Positions 59,590 through 64,000 of a stretch of DNA of 64,000 nucleotides are shown here, piece after piece. The notes beneath the pieces are model-generated. The model did not search any database and was not told the origin of the DNA. It saw only the letters and a program-made list of their open reading frames with translations. Origin of the DNA: Ostreococcus lucimarinus (lineage: Eukaryota); the NCBI GenBank assembly GCA_000092065.1, contig CP000587.1; one strand, given 5' to 3'. Position 1 is the first letter of the stretch, and every line of letters starts with the position of its first letter. The position numbers were made by a program, and so were the translations under genes.

Positions 59590-60063
59590 TCACGTCGTCG
59601 TCGTATTCGTCTCGGCTGTCGGCCACACGTACTTGGGCTTGATCGGCGCCGCGCGTTCGATGATTTCCACCATGAGATCCGTCGGAAGCGCCCCGAGATC
59701 GCGTCCGTCGCCCTCGCGTTCGAGTCTCTTGTGCGCCAACAAAAACGCGCGCGTCGCGAGTTTAAAAGCGTCGCAGAACGTCGAATGATTCTCGATCGAC
59801 CACGTCTCCATCGTCGGTCGGCGAATCTCCACCTCCTCCCTCTTCGTCCAGATTTGATCCCACTCGTCGTAATCCATCTCATCCTCGCGCGCGACGACGC
59901 GATAGATGAACGAATCGTTCACCACGCATCGCTGCCTCGATCGCGAGCACGAAAGAAACGTCCACGGATGCGAATCGTACGTCCTCTGCTCGCGCTTCTC
60001 GCCCGGCTGCAACACGTTGTACGCCTTCACCCGTCCATCGTACGCCAGCCAATACGCCCGCAC
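59590..60063 (-). CDS. VHL beta-domain-like protein (hypothetical).
   Basis: YWLAYDGRVKAYNVLQPGEKREQRTYDSHPWTFLSCSRSRQRCVVNDSFIYRV parallels the human VHL beta-domain as I recall it ([51 protein letters not shown]). The C-terminal GALPTDLMVEIIERAA is a BC-box/F-box-like helix. Confidence 0.45.
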   Translation of the reverse strand: MRAYWLAYDGRVKAYNVLQPGEKREQRTYDSHPWTFLSCSRSRQRCVVNDSFIYRVVAREDEMDYDEWDQIWTKREEVEIRRPTMETWSIENHSTFCDAFKLATRAFLLAHKRLEREGDGRDLGALPTDLMVEIIERAAPIKPKYVWPTAETNTTTT

Positions 60064-60537
60064 GGGTTCGTCCGTCCTGTTCGAGCGTCGATCGTGGATT
60101 CGTCAGTCCCGTCGTCGATTCGCCGTCCCGTCGTCGATTCGCCGTCTCGTCGCGCCGCGCGTCGTACACGTTCATAAACGTCACGCGAACCGCCCGGTCG
60201 CTCCGAACGCTCCGCATCGTCTCGGGAGCGACTTCTCGCGTTTTTTCGAGGAGCTCTCGAAGCGGATCGACCGCCGTCGCCTCCTCGACGCTCGTCGGCC
60301 ACTCCGACGCGCCGGTTCGAGTTCTGCGAAATTTGGACGGCAGACACGACGGCGCGTCGCGCGCGACCGCGTCCGCTCGACGCCTCCGCGCGACGCGCGT
60401 CGCGCGCAGCAAAAAACATCCGATCGCGCGCGCGAATCGCGCGGCGAGCATCGCGATCGCGCGCGCGACGGCTCCAATCATGCGCGCGGGCGAGTGCGGC
60501 GCGCTCTCGGACGAACCGTCGGCACTTCTCGACGCGC

Positions 60538-62241
60538 ATGGACGCGCGCGAGGCGGTCGCGCGCCTCGCGCCGACGCTCGCGATGCTCGCGGCGATCGTC
60601 GCGGCGCGCGCACGGGCGCTGACGCGCGCGATGTACGGCGCGATGACGACGAACGCGCTCGTGAGCGGTGGGTTGATGTTCAGCCTTTCGCGTTACTTCG
60701 CGAGCGTCGGGCGCGCGCTGGCGCGGCGCGCGGTCGTCGCGGTCGATCGCGCGGTGTTCATGACGTTCGTCGTCGCGCGAGGGGCGTACGAGGACGACGA
60801 CGACGAGTACGAGGACGTGCGCGCGTTCGTGGAGGAATACTTTTCGCGCGAGTCGTCGACGTGCGAGTTTCGCGCGAGGTACGCGTACGAAGGATTTCAA
60901 TCCGCGCGGGCGAGCGAGGCGCGAAAGGGTGACTCCGGAACGCCGCAGGATCGATCGCTGCGCGGCGTCAGACTGGATGCGCTCGTGGGGGGAAGCGCGA
61001 TTCGAACGCGCGTCGACGGGAAGTCGGTGCGCGTCGCGCATCGATCCGGGAACGCTTCGAGACGCGGCGACGGCGACGAGACGGATGGTTCCTGGTACGA
61101 CGACTTCGTGCGTCAGCGAGAGAGGAACGCGCCGGGACGCGGGGACGGAGACTCGTTGGGCGATCAGTTTGAGGTGAAGATGTATCGGCTTTTCCAATCC
61201 GAGGCTCGCATGAAGGAGCGCTTGTTCGAGTTGATGAAGAGGGGTCGGGCCGCGAAAAAGAAGCACCAACAACAGCGCTGCAGCGAGCACACGTCTGTGT
61301 ACATGCCGAAGACGGTGACGCAGTATCACGAGACGACGACGCCGGGACGTCAACCGTCTCACGTGCAACGAGTTCAACAACAGTGGATCTTGCGCGAGAA
61401 ACCGAGTCGACCTCTAGAAACGGTGGTGCTGCCTCCGGGCGCTAGGGAACGGCTCGTCGCCGATGTCGACGATTTCTTGTCGAGCGAGCGTTGGTACGTC
61501 AATCGCGGTTTGCCGTGGCATCGCGGTTACCTACTTCACGGTCTCCCCGGTACTGGGAAAACGTCGCTCGTGTTCGCGCTCGCCGGGCACTTTAAACTGC
61601 CTCTGTACACCATTCGGCTTAGCGATGAACGATTGGACGATGAAGGCTTACACTGGCTCTTCTCGAACACGCAGAGACGATCGATCATTCTCCTGGACGA
61701 CGTCGACGCGCCCGGCGCGAACGCGGTATTTCGAGAGCCGGCGCCGGAGAGCACGGGAAATTTGTCCGTTTCGTCGACGCTTTCTTTGCTCGATGGAGTC
61801 ACCGCCGTCGACGGTCGCTTGATTTTCCTGACGTGTCGAGATAAGTTGTCGTTAAACCCAACGCTCATTCGACCCGGACGCTTCGACGTCCTCATGCGCT
61901 TCGACGCGCCCAGCAAAGAGCAAATCGCGGCGTATTACAAGCATTTCTACGCCGAGTGCGACGTCGCCGACGACGAGCTCTGGAAAATGGCGAACTCTTT
62001 CGCGGCGATCGCCGTCGACGTGGACAAGATGCCTAAATCCATGGCCGCGCTCCAAGCACTGTTCATCGCGAACAAGGACGACCCAGCCGCCGCTTTGGAG
62101 GCGATGCAAAGCCGAGTGACGCAGCAAAAATCCAAGCGCGTCTCCGCGCTCGGCGGCGCGCTCACGCGAAGTCGCAGCGGAGGCGAGACGGAGCAGCGCG
62201 ACGCGGTCACCAAGCTCGAAACCATCGAAGCGAACGAGTGA
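60538..62241 (+). CDS. BCS1: BCS1-like mitochondrial AAA-ATPase.
   Basis: N-terminal transmembrane region plus BCS1_N-like region, then WHRGYLLHGLPGTGKTSLVFALAGHFKLPLY (Walker A), SIILLDDVDA (Walker B), and sensor/Arg-finger motifs (PGRFDVLMRF). Confidence 0.85.
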   Translation: MDAREAVARLAPTLAMLAAIVAARARALTRAMYGAMTTNALVSGGLMFSLSRYFASVGRALARRAVVAVDRAVFMTFVVARGAYEDDDDEYEDVRAFVEEYFSRESSTCEFRARYAYEGFQSARASEARKGDSGTPQDRSLRGVRLDALVGGSAIRTRVDGKSVRVAHRSGNASRRGDGDETDGSWYDDFVRQRERNAPGRGDGDSLGDQFEVKMYRLFQSEARMKERLFELMKRGRAAKKKHQQQRCSEHTSVYMPKTVTQYHETTTPGRQPSHVQRVQQQWILREKPSRPLETVVLPPGARERLVADVDDFLSSERWYVNRGLPWHRGYLLHGLPGTGKTSLVFALAGHFKLPLYTIRLSDERLDDEGLHWLFSNTQRRSIILLDDVDAPGANAVFREPAPESTGNLSVSSTLSLLDGVTAVDGRLIFLTCRDKLSLNPTLIRPGRFDVLMRFDAPSKEQIAAYYKHFYAECDVADDELWKMANSFAAIAVDVDKMPKSMAALQALFIANKDDPAAALEAMQSRVTQQKSKRVSALGGALTRSRSGGETEQRDAVTKLETIEANE

Positions 62242-62262
62242 GCGCGCGATTGATTGATTGAT
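62241..62262. repeat. (gatt)5 microsatellite in the 3' flank of BCS1.
   Basis: cgattgattgattgattgatt, seen directly. Confidence 0.9.
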
Positions 62263-62364
62263 TGATTGTTTTTAGACTTTTAGATTTCGTACACGACGCA
62301 CAGAACGCGCGTCTCTTCGTCCCGGTCGACGTCGTCTCCGACTGAACACTAAAATAACAACCCG

Positions 62365-63468
62365 ATGCGATCGAGCGTCACATCGCGCGCGTCACGTCTC
62401 GCGCGCGGCGCCCATCGCGCGATGTCCGCGAAAAAGAGTGAAACGAAAGTGAGCGCGTTCGAGACGGACACGTCTCGTCTCATCGACGGCGACGATGACG
62501 ACGCGCACTTCGACAGCTCGCGCTCGGTGTGGGGAAAGCGAGACCCGGGATGTTTGGGCGGTTATAACGACGTCGTCAGTCGACTGCCGTCGTTTCAGAT
62601 CTTCATGTTCGTCGCCATCAGCGCGGCGGTCATGACGGTGCTCTGGGGGACGACGAGCACGCAGGCGGAGAAGAAGGAGCTCATGAGCGCGTTCATCGGA
62701 AGCGCGGCGGTGGAGACGATGCTGAGCCTCGATAACTTGGTGGTGTTTCATCAAATTTTCGGCACGTTCAAGGTGCCGCCGAGTCGAAGGCCGGGAATTC
62801 TGGTCGCCGGTTTGCCCATCATGCTCGTCGTGCGCGTGACGCTGTTTTTGAGCTTTCACGGCGTGTACACGTACGTGCGCGTGCTCTTCGTGCTCATCGG
62901 CGTGTTCATAATTTATCAAGGCGTGTGCGTGGCGTACTTCTCGGAAGACGACGACGATAACGATGATTTGAGTTCAAATTGGATAGTCAAGGGGGTGCGG
63001 GGGTGCTTCGGGAATAGGATGTCGACGAAATACGAAGGGAGCGCGTTTTACGTGCGTACGCCGGATGGGGCGTTGCAGTTTACGCCGCTCATCTTGGTCA
63101 TGGTCTTCATCGAGGCGTCGGATTTGATGTTTTGCATCGACGGCGTGTCTACCATTTACGTCGTCGGTCACACGGACTTGCTCGCGGTCGTCTGCGGCGA
63201 TTGTTGCGCCGTGCTCCTGGTGCGCGCGTTGTACCCGCAGTTGCAAGGCACGGTGGAGATTTTCCCGGATTTGAACTACGCCGTCGCCGCGACCTTGGTC
63301 GCGGTCGGCGTCGACATGATTCTCACCGCGTCCAAGCGAGAGCTCCCCGTGTTCGTGCTCGTGTGTTTCATGGTGGCTGTGTTCATCGCCGGCGTCGTCT
63401 CTTCGTTGGTTCGCGGGTTGATATCCAAGACGTGCGCCGACCGCAAACCGGCGACGCACGACGTCTAA
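62365..63468 (+). CDS. TERC: TerC-family integral membrane protein.
   Basis: ETMLSLDNLVVFHQIF and the second repeat FIEASDLMFCIDGVSTI are the paired TerC (SxDNxxVF) signatures. An N-terminal presequence. Confidence 0.8.
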   Translation: MRSSVTSRASRLARGAHRAMSAKKSETKVSAFETDTSRLIDGDDDDAHFDSSRSVWGKRDPGCLGGYNDVVSRLPSFQIFMFVAISAAVMTVLWGTTSTQAEKKELMSAFIGSAAVETMLSLDNLVVFHQIFGTFKVPPSRRPGILVAGLPIMLVVRVTLFLSFHGVYTYVRVLFVLIGVFIIYQGVCVAYFSEDDDDNDDLSSNWIVKGVRGCFGNRMSTKYEGSAFYVRTPDGALQFTPLILVMVFIEASDLMFCIDGVSTIYVVGHTDLLAVVCGDCCAVLLVRALYPQLQGTVEIFPDLNYAVAATLVAVGVDMILTASKRELPVFVLVCFMVAVFIAGVVSSLVRGLISKTCADRKPATHDV

Positions 63469-64000
63469 CCGCGCGCCGCGTCGCCGCGCATCGTGTAACA
63501 TACGACTCATAATAACGCAACGCCGTCGCGAGCGTTCGCGCGATCGATCACGTCAGCGCTCGCACCGCGTCGTCCGCGTCGCACGCCTCGCACGCCAACC
63601 GCGCCGCGTCCTCGAACGCCGCCTTCGCCTCGCGAACCGCCCGCCCTCGCGGCGCGCGATTCGACGCCGCCGCCGTCGCCGTCGCGCGTCGTCCCTCCAA
63701 AGCTTCGATCACGCGCGTTCGCGCGCGCCGCGCGTCCACCGCGACGCACGCGCGTCCGTCGTCGCGTCGCGCGCGCGCGAGCGCCAGGAATCCTCGTCGC
63801 AGCGCGCGCTCGAGCTCGAGTTTCGTCGCCATCGCGCGCGCGCACGCGTCGAGCGCCGCGCGCAGCTCGTCGTCGGGTCGCGTCGACGCGCCTGGGCGCG
63901 CGCGACGCGCCGCGCGCGACGACGACGACGCGCACGCGCCCATCGGCGACGAGTGCGGCCGCGGCACATCGCGAAGACGACGCGACGCGAAGCGAACGCG

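Noticed and set aside
63548-63967. A minus-strand ORF at the right edge of the window (Ala/Arg-rich, 139 aa).
   Set aside because: It has low-complexity composition and no recognisable motif, and it runs into the window boundary, so I cannot distinguish a gene from GC-rich noise.
1-64000. CRISPR arrays, rRNA genes, operons with Shine-Dalgarno spacing, prophage or integron features.
   Set aside because: I see no direct-repeat/spacer arrays and no rRNA-like conserved stretches. Gene content and the presence of introns are eukaryotic.

Overview
This window reads as compact, GC-rich eukaryotic nuclear DNA. The evidence is dense protein-coding genes on both strands, very short intergenic spacers that are AT-richer where 3' ends converge, rare short introns, and clearly eukaryotic products (CPSF160, the U5-snRNP GTPase Snu114, DCAF1/VprBP, ribosomal protein eL20, a bZIP factor, a bromodomain protein, mitochondrial carrier and BCS1 proteins). 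By inference the source is a prasinophyte-like green picoalga (Mamiellophyceae: Micromonas/Ostreococcus-like), given the composition and the presence of CYP97-like P450, TerC, BT1 transporter, expansin-like and TraB genes. I cannot verify that without a database search. I call about 40 genes; product assignments come from conserved motifs read directly off the provided translations. Because stop codons are rare in this GC-rich sequence, many long Arg/Ala/Ser-rich antisense ORFs in the six-frame track are artefacts and I ignore them. There are no rRNA genes, CRISPR arrays or intact tRNAs. The main hunt results are: (1) a selenoprotein glutathione peroxidase whose CDS is split in the ORF track by an in-frame TGA (Sec) at the catalytic site, with a plausible form-2 SECIS element in its 3' UTR; (2) a roughly 2.2-kb gene segment of much lower GC and atypical codon usage encoding a divergent SF2/DEAD-like NTPase with a C-terminal (SERT)4 tandem repeat, which is a candidate horizontally acquired or viral-origin gene; (3) a threonyl-tRNA synthetase with no N-terminal TGS/editing domains, preceded by a transit-peptide exon and a 153-nt intron, so probably an organellar-type enzyme; (4) a VHL beta-domain-like protein; (5) an unusual low-GC island of about 0.9 kb holding a tRNA-like acceptor/T-arm remnant and a T13 run; (6) three introns sharing a GTGCG donor and a CTGAC branch motif; (7) several odd domain combinations (a LysM + thioredoxin membrane protein, an expansin-like protein, a Cys-to-Asp rhodanese).
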